A stretch of DNA of 64,000 nt from Azolla caroliniana (Eukaryota > Plantae > Polypodiophyta). Each line of letters opens with the position of its first letter. Within the stretch, counting starts at the first letter, position 1. The notes below the pieces were generated by a model, which saw only the letters and a list, made by a program, of their open reading frames with translations, was not told the origin of the DNA and made no database searches. Shown here piece by piece: positions 11,991 through 25,600 of this stretch. The stretch is from the NCBI GenBank assembly GCA_043228905.1, contig JBHGNT010000017.1:14756001-14820000 (forward strand), written 5' to 3'. The position numbers and the translations under genes are program-made.

Positions 11991-13111
11991 ATCTCAAACA
12001 ATCATTAGCCATATGTTGAAAATCTACTAGCATATGACCGAGGGTCCTCACACGATTTTCAAAATGTGATTTTAAACACCATGAGAAAAGTTTTTTTTTT
12101 TAAATTAAGAAAATATATCCTGCCATTAGTTTTAAAAAGCATATCAGCTCCAAAATACAAAATAGAAGGAAAGGAAGTGATTATCCTTCCCCAACCCATC
12201 TTGTGTAGACAATGGTTAGCCATGAATCCTTCGTTTGATAGACTTGATTGAGCAATTCCTCAATAGCTGAGACATACCATGAATTTGCATATGCTCAAAG
12301 CAAATCAATCTTCCTCATCATGTTAAACACCAACCAAAGCGTTATCGACACAACGAGTATTTTGGACAACAAGTTGAGCCCCTCATGCAAACCGAAGTTG
12401 GCGTCCTGACCACCATATGGCATTTGAAGTAGAGACATGGCTAAAATTGAGATTTGTGACAACTTATCTTAACCCTTGCTTTGAGGAAATCTTCCTTGGA
12501 CGTTGGGCCCTTTGAAGCCATGTGAAAAGGGACATCTCCTTAAGCTTCCCTCAAACGACATAGCAAAGAGGGTGTCACCACCAATCAGTGTTGCTTGCCA
12601 GCAAGTAGCAAAGACATGTAGATAAAGTGAGGAGGTGCACACAGCCTCCACAACAACTGTGATTGTAGCATCGCCAACATTGCCAAGGCTCGTCACTGAC
12701 ATCTAGACCTAACATCAACCAATGGTTGTAGGTGACATCAATCAACATTATCTACCATATTAGTTGCAAAATCATTCGCACTTGAACCCTCCATTTATAC
12801 TGTAGAAGAAAACCTTATCCACAAGACTTAAACTATTTTCATAGCTACCAATACCATAAATTATACATATTTACATATATTAATATCCCATTACACAAAC
12901 ACGCACTTTAAAATTTACACTCACACCACTTCTCGAAACCTACATGCTAGCTTAAAGACAAGCATATACACAAACACAATACACATACAAGATAAACATA
13001 CATTAACACTTGAACAAACATAAACACATTAGCACATTTCCTTATAACAATACATATTCATACACATACTTATGTACAAATGGTCATAAATACACACAAA
13101 CAAACAAACAA

Positions 13112-13143
<32 letters not shown>

Positions 13144-13339
13144 CGCACATCCGCGGACACATACACGTAATACACTCACCTGAGAAAGCATGTGTTGAAG
13201 GTGACAACACTCTGACATCAATGACCCGAACCAAACCCATCCTCTTTGATTCAAGTTGTTGGTGATCCCACTCATGTTTGACACAGGATTGCATATTCTC
13301 GTGACAACGGGCTTTAAGGATCTTGGTATGTACAATGCT

Positions 13340-13620
13340 TTTTTATATGGGGAGAATTCATAGTTATGTGCCCTATATGACCACAATACAAGCACAAACT
13401 ATTTGCTCGACGTTGTTGTTTTTCTTCATATGACACGACACCCTCTAACATTGTCATGATGTGGCATATGCAAAGGGAGAAAAGAGACCATAAGCCAAGT
13501 TATGCACTAGGTAACAAAGAGGGTCCTAAAGAAAGATTGACATCGAGATAGAGATTTGCAAAAGTTTGCTCAAATGGCGAGAACTAATCCTTGGAACCCT
13601 ATTTAAGGCGATGGAGGAAA
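13340..13620 (-). mobile_element. Decayed gypsy gag fragment with zinc-knuckle remnant
   Basis: The minus strand reads EEKQQRRANSLCLYCGHIGHITMNSP, a CX2CX4HX4C knuckle with the last Cys lost. Confidence 0.65.
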
Positions 13621-16019
13621 ACATCAAGTGATAATGATGCAAGCATTATATACAAGGAAGAGGAAGCTTGTGCAACTCGCTCACTACTCCCAATTTGCGA
13701 CAACAATACTTTATGTAAGTTAGCATGCACTTGGAGAGCCCTTTCACCCTCCACACCATTCCTCCCCCCTAAGAGCACATGTGACTTTATGCTCTTGAAA
13801 CATCCCTCCCTTTTCCAATAAAAAAAGACTTTCCTAAAATCTCAATATACCCTTTTCCCCTTCCAAAATCATTGAACAAGAAAACAAGTATACACACTTA
13901 TGCACACATGTGCATACACATACAAGTTAGGACACAAGTGCACATAATCCAATCATCAGACTCACGATGTTTCCTCTACACAATTACATGTACATGCCCA
14001 AATGAACAATCATACATAAGTTGTATGTACACACACCTACACACGCATAGACAATATAATCTCGTACACACTTACACGCATAGAAACAAGTGATTTCATA
14101 TACACATAAAGTGTGAGTGCACGTACGCCATTTCTTGCACACAAATGTATAGACAACTATACACCATTTGCCAAGTTAAACAAAATAGTGACCATCAAAC
14201 TATCATGGCCTACAAACCTTCATCGACAATGCAATGATTTTCAATTGAGTTAAAACACTACCATAGTAAAGTGTAATATTCAATATAGTCATCAAGGACC
14301 CAATGTCATTTATGCCTTTACAATAATAAATTGTAACATAGACATAGTTAGAGTGCGAATATTGATCCTTTCATACTTGTTTGTTAAACAATTATTCAAG
14401 ATAGTTAATGATGTAGGCCCATACATAAGATGCCTTATGCAACTTGTCTTGGTACAAAACAAATCAAGAAAGCAAGCTTCATTTTTTGGAAAAAAAAAGA
14501 AAGAAAGCAAGCTTCACTATTGGAAATTGACATTTAGGACTCTAGACATTAATGAATTGTCAAATGCAATCACCTTAAAAAAATTAATTTTTTTGTGGTT
14601 CTTTATTTTGGAGGTTTATTTGTGGACAACATGGTTTAGAAGTACCTAGCTATAGAGCGTCAAAGTAAACGGAAACTTTAGTACTTTCTTCAAGACTCCT
14701 ATTTGTATCACAATTTATTTCGGTGGAAGCAAACAACCTCGATTATCTTTAAATATTTATAAAAAATATATATTCCCTATTGAGTATAGGGTCTTCACAA
14801 TGTACACAATAGAGCAAGATGTTGTGGCCATTATTGCATGAAACAATGATACACAATTTGTGTACCAAAATTATCTCCTTGCATCTTCAAAGGAATGACG
14901 TTAGTTTACGAATTGGTTTTGATTGAAGAAACATGAACTTTTTCATTTATATCAACGACTTTGTCTCTTTATGTAATTAAAACTTGTTGACGAGATTTCT
15001 ACATAAACGACTTTACATTACCTTTTTTAATAGAAACAAAAAGTTGGAGAAAAGTTGCATCACAAACCATTTCAATTTGTCATATCTAAAGAACAAATTG
15101 TGTGGACTATGAATAGCAAAAATAATGTCAATGTGACTTTCATTGATCTATTAAGTAATAAAACAAATCCTTGTTCCATTAATTCCTTGAACTTCTACAA
15201 TTAAGATACAATGTGGTGGCACCAACATATAAGCAATGATTAACAACTTTCTTAATGTATTTAAAGAGTGTTTATGATATGAGAAAGTTTATGTAATTTA
15301 TCGTATCCAAAGAAGACCACAAATATTACTCATTGAAATACATAACAAATATATCTTATAACATAAATTATTCAAGCTTGTCCTTGGAATTGAATGATAA
15401 AAACAAATGTGGCTTTATGAGAAGAGGAGTTGTTATATTAACAATAAAGAGGAGGTGACGCATGGAAGATGAGATGAAATAATATCATAACAGACAATAT
15501 GGTATACACAATGTAATTGGTAAAAGCAATACTTCCCATGACCAAATATCAGTGTTTGACATTTGGATGTAGTATTGGATGCAACAAATTATTGATACTT
15601 TCGTCGTCCATCCACTAACACTTTGGTCTTAAGGATTTTCCATGTTTGTCACTTGGTCAAATGCTAACATTGGTGTTTGAAAATAATGCAATATGCACAA
15701 TTCATTTTGTAAACTTGCTATAAATCTTTCTTCTTCACTTCCTTACTTTTCCTCCATTTTTAAAGTATTTAATTCATGTGTCCTTCCATACCCCTCTTTG
15801 ATATACTTGCCCTCTTTTTATGTACAAATACGCTTTTGTCCTTCATGTTGTATCTTGGTCTAAAAACAACCACGATTTTGTATCTTTCTTCTTCGAACAT
15901 CCTCGTAATTCCCTTTTGTCCTCATTTCTTAACTTGATCTAAAACCTATAACAATTTTGTGTCATCCTCAAAAACATCGTTGAATTATTTTTTTCCTCAT
16001 TTTGTATCACGGTCTAAAA

Positions 16020-17132
16020 TAGGTGCTAAAAACAGCTCGATTCAAGCCTAAACCGAGTTGTTAAATCGTTTTTAAATAGTTTGGTGGCTCGGTTCAAGCT
16101 TGAGTGTCATAACCCAGTTCAAGCTCGGTTTGACAGGGCTCAAGCCAAACCGAACCAAGGTTGTTAGGTACGTTAGATACGCTACGGATACCGTATGTAT
16201 ATAATGTATTAATACGCGTATAGTACCTCCCAATTTAAAAATACGTTAAATACGTTTTTTAATATGTTAAATACTTATCAAATACGTATATTACGTTAAA
16301 TACTTCTAGAATTTGAAATTTATTTACCTTTCTAAAAAATATTTGTAATATTGTAAAACACATCTATGTTTACACAATTTTGTGATGTACATTATAGTTC
16401 TACATCCTAAAATTCATATAAGAACATTTCACATCTTAAAATACTTATAATATGGATATAGACATTCACTTATTCTATAAATCATTTTATAAATCAGTGT
16501 AAGTGTGTATAACGATGTTCTACTTCAAATTGTAATTATTTACGATTATGCCTTCATAGATTGAGGAATTGTCTACGATTATCACACTCAAGATAGGTTT
16601 CTCTCTTCTTTTCTCTCTTCTTCATCTTCTTCTATCTTCTGTGATTATCACACTCAGAGTTGGGACAGATTTTTGTCTTCTTTTCTCTCTCTTTTTTTTT
16701 CTTCTTCTTCTTTTTCTTCTTCGTCGTCGTCATCTCTTCTGTTCTTCTGTTCTTCCTTCTTTTTGCTTCTTTTTCACTAAAATCTTTTTAAATTTTTCTT
16801 TTGCTTTTTGTTGGGGTTTTACTTACATTTTTTTATAAATATGTATTATACCCATTTTTTCAAATGTAGGTTAAATACCGTATTGGACAAATGTACATGA
16901 TATTTGACTAAACAACATTGAGGTATAGTACGTACTATACAAATTATGAGGTACTATGCGTATTTAAACGTTAAATACGAATACATAAACAACCATGAAC
17001 CGAACTGAACCAAATTGGGCCAAACTGATTCCTAAACTAGGTAAGGCTAAACAGTTTCTCCAACCCGGTTTGCTTCAAGTTTGAAAACTTCAAAACCGAT
17101 TAAGCCGAAACCGAACTGTTGCCAATTCCTAG
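16020..17132. mobile_element. aaccg-rich MITE remnant hosting the 16156-16997 insertion
   Basis: Dense aaaccg/cggttt motifs. The right end gttgccaattccta matches the terminus taggaattggca that begins a similar remnant at ~17795-18040. Confidence 0.5.
16156..16997. mobile_element. Non-autonomous hAT-type element (842 bp) nested in another MITE
   Basis: TIRs caaggttgtt / aacaaccatg. 8-bp TSD aaccgaac at 16148-16155 and 16998-17005. Subterminal aatacg-like repeats. Confidence 0.8.
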
Positions 17133-17507
17133 TCTAAAAAAAAGCACAAATTTGTATCCTTCTTTAAAAACATACTTGTAATTGAGTATCTTCAGAATTG
17201 AAAAGACATTATCATTTTGTATATTAGTAATAATCGTACTTTTGCATAATTGTGGCAATATGACTACAATCAAAAACATTCTCATTCTCTATTTTGGACA
17301 ATGGGGGTCAAACCTGCCATGACCGAGGCCAACATCCAACAAAAGCGGTTAAAATTGTGATTTTAAGGAATTAAGCTTCCTTGAAGGAGAGGCCTTTGAC
17401 CCTTTGCTTCGAGGAAAACTCCCTCGAACATCACATGGGAATGGGGCCCTTTCCTCAAAGGCACATAAAAGAGGGGCCTTTTTCTCAAGCTTTCAAGCAA
17501 AGTTATG

Positions 17508-17712
17508 TTGACTCGGGTGTGTCCCTCAAGGCCTTTTCCTCAGGTTGTCGAGCAAAACTCTTTTGACTCGAGTGTGTCCCTCGAGGCCTTTTCCTTAGGT
17601 TTTCGAGCAATCTAAGCTCTTTTGACTTGAGTGTGTCCCTCGAGGCCTTTTCCTTAGGTTTTCAAGCAATTTAAGCTCTTTTGACTCGAGTGTGTCCTTG
17701 AGGCCTCCCTCA
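17508..17712. repeat. ~59-bp tandem repeat, ~3.5 copies
   Basis: Unit ttgactcgagtgtgtccctcgaggccttttccttaggttttcgagcaa(tctaag)ctctt. Confidence 0.85.
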
Positions 17713-18895
17713 AAGGAGACAACGAAGAGCAATAGAGACATGATGATCGAAGGGAAGATGCGCAAGGGGGAGCCTCCATAGCAGTTGTTGTAGCTAGGAA
17801 TTGGCATCGCCTTAGCTCAAGCATAAACCAAACCATCAAAACGGTTTGACAGTTTAGCAATTCAGTTTAGGCTTGAGCTTAGGAATCAGAAATGGTTTGG
17901 TTTAGGCTTAACTGATTTGCCCTTATCCAAGCCAAATCAGTTTAGTCTAAACCAGTTTAGGGGTTCTTAAACCTAGATTGAACTGAACCAAACCGATCCT
18001 TAAACCGGTTAAGGGTTAATGGTTTGGTCTAAACCAGTTAAGCTCTATATGGATGATTTGATATTGAAGATGTAGGAGATCATTTTCATCACTCGAATAA
18101 GAATGTTCACGCCTTTTGAATAACAACTTTTGAATGTTTTGAAAATGAAGATTTAACCTACATGTGTTGAAAATCAACACATAGTTGTTATGAACAACAA
18201 TGTTTTATGCGAGGAATTCCAAGCATAAACTTAGTGCACATTAGGAAATGAAAAGGTCAAAGCACACAATAAATTGCATACACAACCAAAGATTACAATT
18301 AAAAGAGTTGGAACTTCTAAGACACATTGCATTGATGAAAAATGACAAGTGATTAGGTCTAAAACCTGATGCAACCACATTCACATGCAATATTCATTGT
18401 AATAGTGGACTCTTTTAATACCAATGGAGGATATTTTTTAGGAAATAAAAATAAAAATGACAAGTGATCCTAGCAATGGGCTCAGTTTCGGTTCGAACCG
18501 AACAAAACTGTGGCTTAACAGTTTATAGGTTCAAAGATGAATAAACGGTTTGGTTTGGTTTCAAATATTACTAATTGGTTTCAGTTCAGTTTGGTTTTGA
18601 ATTTACCGGTTTAGCGATTTTTCGACTTTTCGGTTTCTGTTTATGTGGTTCGGTTTAAAGGTTTAAAGGTTTATAGGTTAAAAAATACTCATAAATATTC
18701 TCTATAGGCTCTAACTTTCAACTTTTAATTTTGAACTCTTGTTTTAACTTATTAAATTTTATATGTATTATACGTAGAGTCTCCTTTTCATTTATGATGA
18801 TTAATTATGATAAGTATGATAAGTATGATGATCAAATTTATGATAAGTATAATGATCAAATTTATGAATAATATGATGACCAAATTTATGATAAG

Positions 18896-21335
18896 TGTCA
18901 CGAACACACCAAGCCTACACTATGACAAAGCACAGATGACGAGGCTACGACTGATAAGGTTACGAATGTGGAACTCGACGTGATGGGGATAGAAACTCGG
19001 GAAGTTGGGAGCAACTAGTTGCGGAACTTAAGACGTTAGGAACAATACAAGAGCATAAAGACAGAGGTGTAAATCAAGGAGAGAAGATGAGAATACTAGA
19101 TTGATGTGTCAATGACTGGTGTTGAATCCCTTAAAAGGGACCATGGAGGTTACAAGTATTTATACTGTGAGTCGAAGTACATGCATTAGAATATTCGGGA
19201 GAATAATCTAGAAACCTTTAGAACCTTCTAGTTCTAGAACTTTCTAAAAACACCTAGAACTTGAAATAGATAATCTACTAATAATCTACTAAAATATACA
19301 TAACAAGATTATATATTTGGATGTGTTGGTTAGAACACAACACTTGACTATATATGTCAAGAGGTCAAGAGTTCAAATCTTAACATGATTGTTGTCATGT
19401 CTGTGACATTATCCTCCCCTTTACAGTTGCCTTTTCGAAAGTGTGGTGTAGGGGTGAGCTAAAAGAGAAAACCAAAGTACGTTGAGGAGTGAGTGACCAT
19501 GAGTAGTCCTCACCAGAAATAGGAGCACGGGTGAACACGAGCGACCATGTGTGGTCCTCACCGAAGACTAGAACACCAACGGGTGTGAGCGACTATGTAT
19601 AGTCTTCATTGGAGACTGTAACACCAATGTGAGTGTGAGCAACCATGTTCGTTCCTCACCGTAGATTGGAACACCAACGTGAGTGTGAGCGACAATGTAC
19701 GGTCCTCACCGGGAACTAGAACACCAATGGGCATGAGCAACCATGTACAGTCCTCATCGGAGACTAGAACACCAACGTGAGTGACCATGTGTGGTACTCA
19801 CTAGAGACATGAACACCAACGGGCGTGAGCGACCATGTACGGTCCTCAATAGAGACACGAACACCAAGGGCGTGAGAGACCATGTACGGTCTTCACCAAA
19901 GACAAGAACATCAATGGAAATGAGCGATCATGTGCAGTCCTCACCAAGAACTGGAACACCAACGGGCGTTAGCAACCATGTGCGGTCCTCATCGGAGACA
20001 CGAACACCAACGGACGTGAGCGACCACGTGTGGTCCTCACTGGGAACTAGAACACCAACGAGTGTGACAAACCATGTACAGTCCTCACCGGAAACGCGAA
20101 CACCAACGTGAGTGTGAGCGACCATGTGCGGTCCTCACTAGAGATTGGAACACTAACGTGAGTGTGGGCGACCATGTGGGGTCATCAGCGGAGACTGGAA
20201 CACCAACGTGAGTGTGAGCGACCATGTGCGTCCCTCAGCGGAGACTGGAACACCAACGTGAGTGTGAGCGACCATGTGCGGTCCTCAGCGGAGACTGGAA
20301 CACCAACGTGAGTGTGAGCGACCATGTGCGGTCCTCAGCGGAGACTGAAACACCAACGTGAGTGTGAGCGACCATGTGCGGTCCTCACCAAAGACAAGAA
20401 CACCAACGGAAATGAGCGATCATGTGTGGTCCTCACCGGGAACTGGAACACCAACGGACGTGAGCGACCATGTGCGGTCCTCATCAGGAACTGGAACACC
20501 AACGGGCGCGAGCAACCATGTGTCGTCCTCACCGGAGACATGAACACCAACGGATGTGAGCGACCCTACACGGTCCTCACCGGGAACTGCAACACTTGAT
20601 GACAATGACGGCTAGGCAAAGTAGTGTTGATGACGACAACAAGAGGGTTGAAGATGATGATGTCGAAGACGAAGCAATGAAGACAATGATGTTGACGAAG
20701 CAACTTTGGAAGCAACAACTTTGACTATGGCAATGATGGAAGCGGAGAAAGAGATGAAGAGGATAAGAAACATAGAGATCGAGATGTTGAGGTTCTGAAG
20801 AAACACAAAGACACATATACAAAGGATGATAGAAAACACAAAGACAGGGATGAAGGTGATAGGAAACGCAAAGAAAGTGACGAAGATAATAAGAAACACA
20901 TAGATAGAGATGAATACGATAGGAAACACAAGGAGAAGGATAACAATGACAAAAAATGCAAGATAGGGATGTGGAAGATAAGAAGTGCAAAGATAGAGAT
21001 ATGACGATGAGAAGAAACTAGGAGATAGAGATGACAAGGATGAGAAAAAACTAGGAGATACAAATGATGATGAGAAGAAACTAAGAGATAGGGATGTGGA
21101 AGATGATAAGAAGCCAAAGATAGGGATGATGATAAGAAACACAGTGATAGATATGAACTAAAAAACAAAGATAATGAAGAGAAGAAACTAAAAAGACAGA
21201 GACGACGATGAGAAGAAACTAGCAGATAGAGATGGCAAGGAAGATATGAAACAAAAGGGATAGATCACGTCATCGCTCCGTCATAGCCTCATCATCCATG
21301 CTCCGTCTTAGTCCGCGCTTGGTGTGTCCGTGACA
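18896..21335 (-). mobile_element. Non-coding LTR-derived element: single LTR plus ~60-bp terminal inverted repeats, 5-bp TSD
   Basis: TGTCAC...GTGACA ends and TSD ataag at 18891-18895 and 21336-21340. LTR-like block 18896-19408 has a minus-strand PPT (aaaggggaggataa) at 19409-19423, and its start is homologous to the LTR at ~11038. Confidence 0.8.
19491..20596. repeat. 48/50-bp tandem array, ~23 copies
   Basis: Consensus gagcgaccatgtgcggtcctcaccggagactggaacaccaacg(tgagtgt/ggcgt), with a homogeneous 50-bp run at ~20116-20365. Confidence 0.95.
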
Positions 21336-21786
21336 ATAAGTATGATAACAAATTTTATGATAAATATGATGACAAAATTTATGATGAGTATGATGACAAA
21401 ATTTATGATGAGTATGATGACAAAATTTATGATGAGTATGAATCATGATGAATAAATTTATGATAATTTATAATAAGTATGATGATTAATATCAATAAAA
21501 AATGGTTTGGTTTTGATTTATGATAAACTGGTTTGGTTTGTTTTTAAATTTTTCGTAAACGGTTTGGTTTCTCCTATTCTTTAAACGGTTTGGTTTGGTT
21601 TCAAGACCAAGAAACCGAACCGAATCGGGCCCATTACTAAGTGATCTGAGAAAATGCAAATTAGACTTCAAATATTCCCATATTTTGAAATAGGAAAACA
21701 AGACAAATGTCTCTTAGTTTATGAAGAAGACGAAAACATGATAGGGAAGAGATGGCATAAGAAGGTGAGAAAACAACAATGTACTC

Positions 21787-22386
21787 GATAAGATCCGTTT
21801 TGAGAGAGACTTGTTGTCCACATGATGCATCCCCTAGGTTCCTGGAAATTTGGATGTTGATCGCAGGCTTCACCTTGTGGTATGTCTAGAAAGCACGATG
21901 CTTAAAGGTCTTCCAAGATCTGGTACACCCCTAGAGGAAGTGATCATGGATATATGGTTCGCGCAAGTTATCAGTTTCTTACAAGGGCAATTGGACGAGG
22001 TTTGTCGCCACTCCAATGACGTGATCACTGCTCGTTTGCGCTTTTGGCAGAAATGGCAGAACACACCTATGGTGACACAAGGAGGAAGTGGCCCGAGGTG
22101 GAACTACTAGCCCCCACGCTGGTTGTTTCCTTCTCACCTGCCACCCTCCCTTTGTTGTAGGCCCCAAGAGTTGGCTCATACTAACCGACACTAAAGGGCA
22201 CCGCTTTTAGCTATAAGTATCTACTTACTTTAGGTAGTCAGTTTGAAAGGCTATGTAAGTAGTCTCATTTTCTTGAACTTGATCGAAGGGAGATTCCCTA
22301 TTTTGTGTATAAGCCTCCTTGTATAGTCTCTTTGTAATAATCCTTCCTAACTAATGGGAAAGTAGCTTCATTTTGAAAGAAAAAAA
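21787..22386 (+). mobile_element. 5'-truncated L1-type LINE
   Basis: ORF2 C-terminal motif LWYV*KARCLKVFQD...VIMDIWF, A-tail 22376-22388, and 12-bp TSD aacaatgtactc 21775-21786 / aacattgtactc 22387-22398. Confidence 0.8.
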
Positions 22387-22657
22387 AACATTGTACTCAA
22401 TGTACATATTCCATAAAACTATGTAATCAGGTGTACATATTCCATAAAAATGTAAACATCAACTATTCCAAAAATGCAAAAAGTCATCGATTATTTGAGT
22501 CGATTGTCTTCCAAAAATGCAAAAAGTCATCGATTATTTGAGTCGATTGTCTTCCAAAAAAAATCACTTGTCCAAGTACAAGTATTCAATAATATCATCC
22601 TCTATCATCATATCTTCTAAATTGATATCTAAATTATTATATGCATCATTAATATCT

Positions 22658-25600
22658 TCAGGTAGAGGAATGTTTACATTGGTTAAGTAAATCCAACCAA
22701 CATCGTATGCACATCTTTGCCTTGAAAGTACATGAATGTGATCGTTGCCTATCTTCGAAGTTATAACGAGCTTCGGAGTTAGATTCCTCTGAAGGCCCAA
22801 ATGAAGCTGGAATTGCCAAATAATCACATGTCATTTTGTACATCCTTAGTAAATTGGATCAGTTTCAAATCATCAAAATAAATAATATCAAAATATGTTT
22901 ATTAATTACCAACAATAGAAACAAATGTGTTTAATAAAACATGATGCAATATTCAATGAAACTTGTTAGGAAACCACCAATGTATAGGTTCTATGTTAGA
23001 CATGACTCGTGGAAGCTTCAAAAAATCTTCATTTTTTTACCCTGTTGATGATTCATGAGATTTCTCATTGACACCTAACATACCCCAAAATTCCAAATAC
23101 TCAAAATGAGATCCTTCACATGTATCTTCGGATAGAGAATCTTCGACATTAGAATCATGATACTTTCTTGTTAGAACAATTTGCACTAATTTTATATCTA
23201 GGTTTCTCTCAATTGGATTACTTGGATTCGGAAATCTACATCCAAACAGAATACACTATTAGTAAAAAAAAAGGATAAAAAGAGAAAACGTTGAAGTGAA
23301 GATTTTTTACGGCAACATGAAAATCGCACGGAAGGGACAAAATCGAGAAGGCAATGTGCGCACGTGTGGAAGGGGTGATGGTCACACATGTACACTAGCA
23401 TGCTGTAAATAGGACTGAAATGAGAATTGTAAAAGGAAGGCTAGATGTAAGGTTAAACATATGCACATTTCTCAGACACTTGCAAATATAAATAAAAAAA
23501 AGACTAAACCCTAGTAACATTTGAGTGCACACAAAGGGGTGCAAGCAAGGTTTTGAACCTTGCACCTCCAAGGTAGGAGACAATTTTCTTAGATTTTATA
23601 TATTTTCTTATCACATTCAATATTCCATAGGAAACAAACATATAAAACCGAGTGCACAAACCATGGTTTAAGCATATGGGTTTGTGGATGTCATAGCAAA
23701 CCATGTGCACGAAACCATGGTTTAGCCCATGGTTTTTGCATGAAGAGACCTATAAAAACCTCTTGTTGGGCTTGTGTAAGGGAGCTATTTTTTTGGGAAT
23801 GAAAGAAGAATAATAAAATCCTAGTTATCTCATTGGTCTTGTCTCTCAAAACTTGACATCACGGGTTCAAAGTCGAAATCGGAATCTCTCTATCTATCTG
23901 TTTACCTATCTCGAATACTTTCTCGCTTACGCTAGTAAAATGTTGAATCCTTCCGGTCCAAGACCCTGACGGTCCTGCTTCATTCCACGAGCACACAAGG
24001 ATTTCCTTGACATCGTCAAGATAAAAAACATTACCTCGGGTCAAGAAACATTGTGATTCGAGATGGAATGACTATCATCCATTCTTGGTACTTGATTGGA
24101 TAGTGTATGCATTTGGTACAAGCCTCTTGTTGCACTTGAAGAGAAGAGTAATATTCTCAGAAGGTGGATCGACCGAGTCCATATCCATAGATACATATTT
24201 ATTACAATGTGATAATAAGTGATTGAATGCAAGTGTTGCTATTGAGAGGATAGGGTACTTTGACCCACTCAAGTGATTACAAATTTTAGCAAGCACAAGC
24301 AACCATGTTCCATACTTTCTATATGGCTCCAATCTTCAATGGAGAGTGTATGGTCAATAAACTCATCAATAATGGCATTGTCACTTGTGGCACAAATCAA
24401 GACATCTCTTAACTTTAGGAATTGTTGATACATCATTAGAGTTTAATTTCATCTAGTAGTAGTAATGCAATCTAGACACGGTACAATGATTCTTGTTCCC
24501 CATTCTCATGCATGGTTTTTGAATATTTTTTAAATATAGCTAGCTCTATTCGCTTTACTTGTGCATATAGAATGTAATGTCTTAACTTCATAGTAGACAG
24601 AGTAACAACTTCTTATGCAAATTTTACACCAAGTTGATATGTATGCACCGTCATCTTAACATATGTGATGATTGTAAAATGTCTTGTCCATGATAACTAA
24701 GTAATAGACTTCTTTTGATGCAATTAGAGTTTCACTAGCACCATCAAAAGTTGTGGACAAAATACATGAAGAGATACTAAATGATTTTAGAAATGAGAAT
24801 AAAGCTTTTTTTGACACATTTTCCTATCCCATCTCTCGGAAAGACATCTAGCACACTAGTAAGCTTGCTAGACTCCAAAGAGACCCAATGTAAAGTCGTT
24901 GGATAAAATCCTTTCAAACTATTATTTCTGCACCATCATATGTTATAGCATATCTAAAAATTTGTGATGACAAATAAGTAATGACTAAGAACACCACACA
25001 TTCGTAACACTAATCTTTTAAGTGTACGAGATGACATCATACATTAATATATTTAAACTAGAAGACTTCAATATGTGCATGAGGTAGCATTGATGAAACT
25101 ATATATCTAGCAATAGTACTATCAAATTTCTTGTATAGAGTACAAGATATAGCTAATGTAGATCTAGAATCTTCTAGATGCATCTATTTGAGTTTGGACA
25201 AGAACATTACTAAAAGCTTGTGGTTGTGGTGTGTTATTAATATTACACTTATTTAATGAATATGTGGCAATAGAACCTGTAGATGTAGAGCTTGACCATG
25301 ACAAGTGAGAATAAGCACATCGATGTTTAGATGCATCTCCCTCCTTGATGGAGATCACATGTTGCTCAATCCGTGAACATCTCTTTCTTGCCCTTGTTTT
25401 GAATCCAGGGATTGAAATTGATGTTGCCTCTGTGGGTGAAGATAAAAAGAGTTGTAGGTTGACAATCTTCGAAATAAATGTCAAGGACCTATATTTTAAT
25501 TATGAATCATGGAGAAGAAAGTTTTAACATGTTAAATGTTTCAATTGCTATATATTATAAACCTCTTGACCATAATGGTCATAGTGATAATGAATAAGAT

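Larger units (their letters stand above)
18471..21639. mobile_element. hAT-type MITE with internal ~24-bp tatgataag minisatellite, hosting the 18896-21335 insertion
   Basis: TIRs tagcaatgggc / gcccattacta. 8-bp TSD agtgatcc 18463-18470 / agtgatct 21640-21647. ggttcggtt-type subterminal repeats. The same terminus recurs at ~41825-41835. Confidence 0.85.

Noticed and set aside
14300-16000. Possible decayed coding sequence
   Set aside because: No recognisable motif in the frames I examined.
19491-20596. CRISPR-like array
   Set aside because: Whole units are homologous with no unique spacers, there are no cas genes, and the context is eukaryotic.
20577-21168. Overlapping 137-176 aa minus-strand ORFs
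   Set aside because: Ser/Phe/Leu low-complexity translations of purine-rich repeats, open in all three frames.
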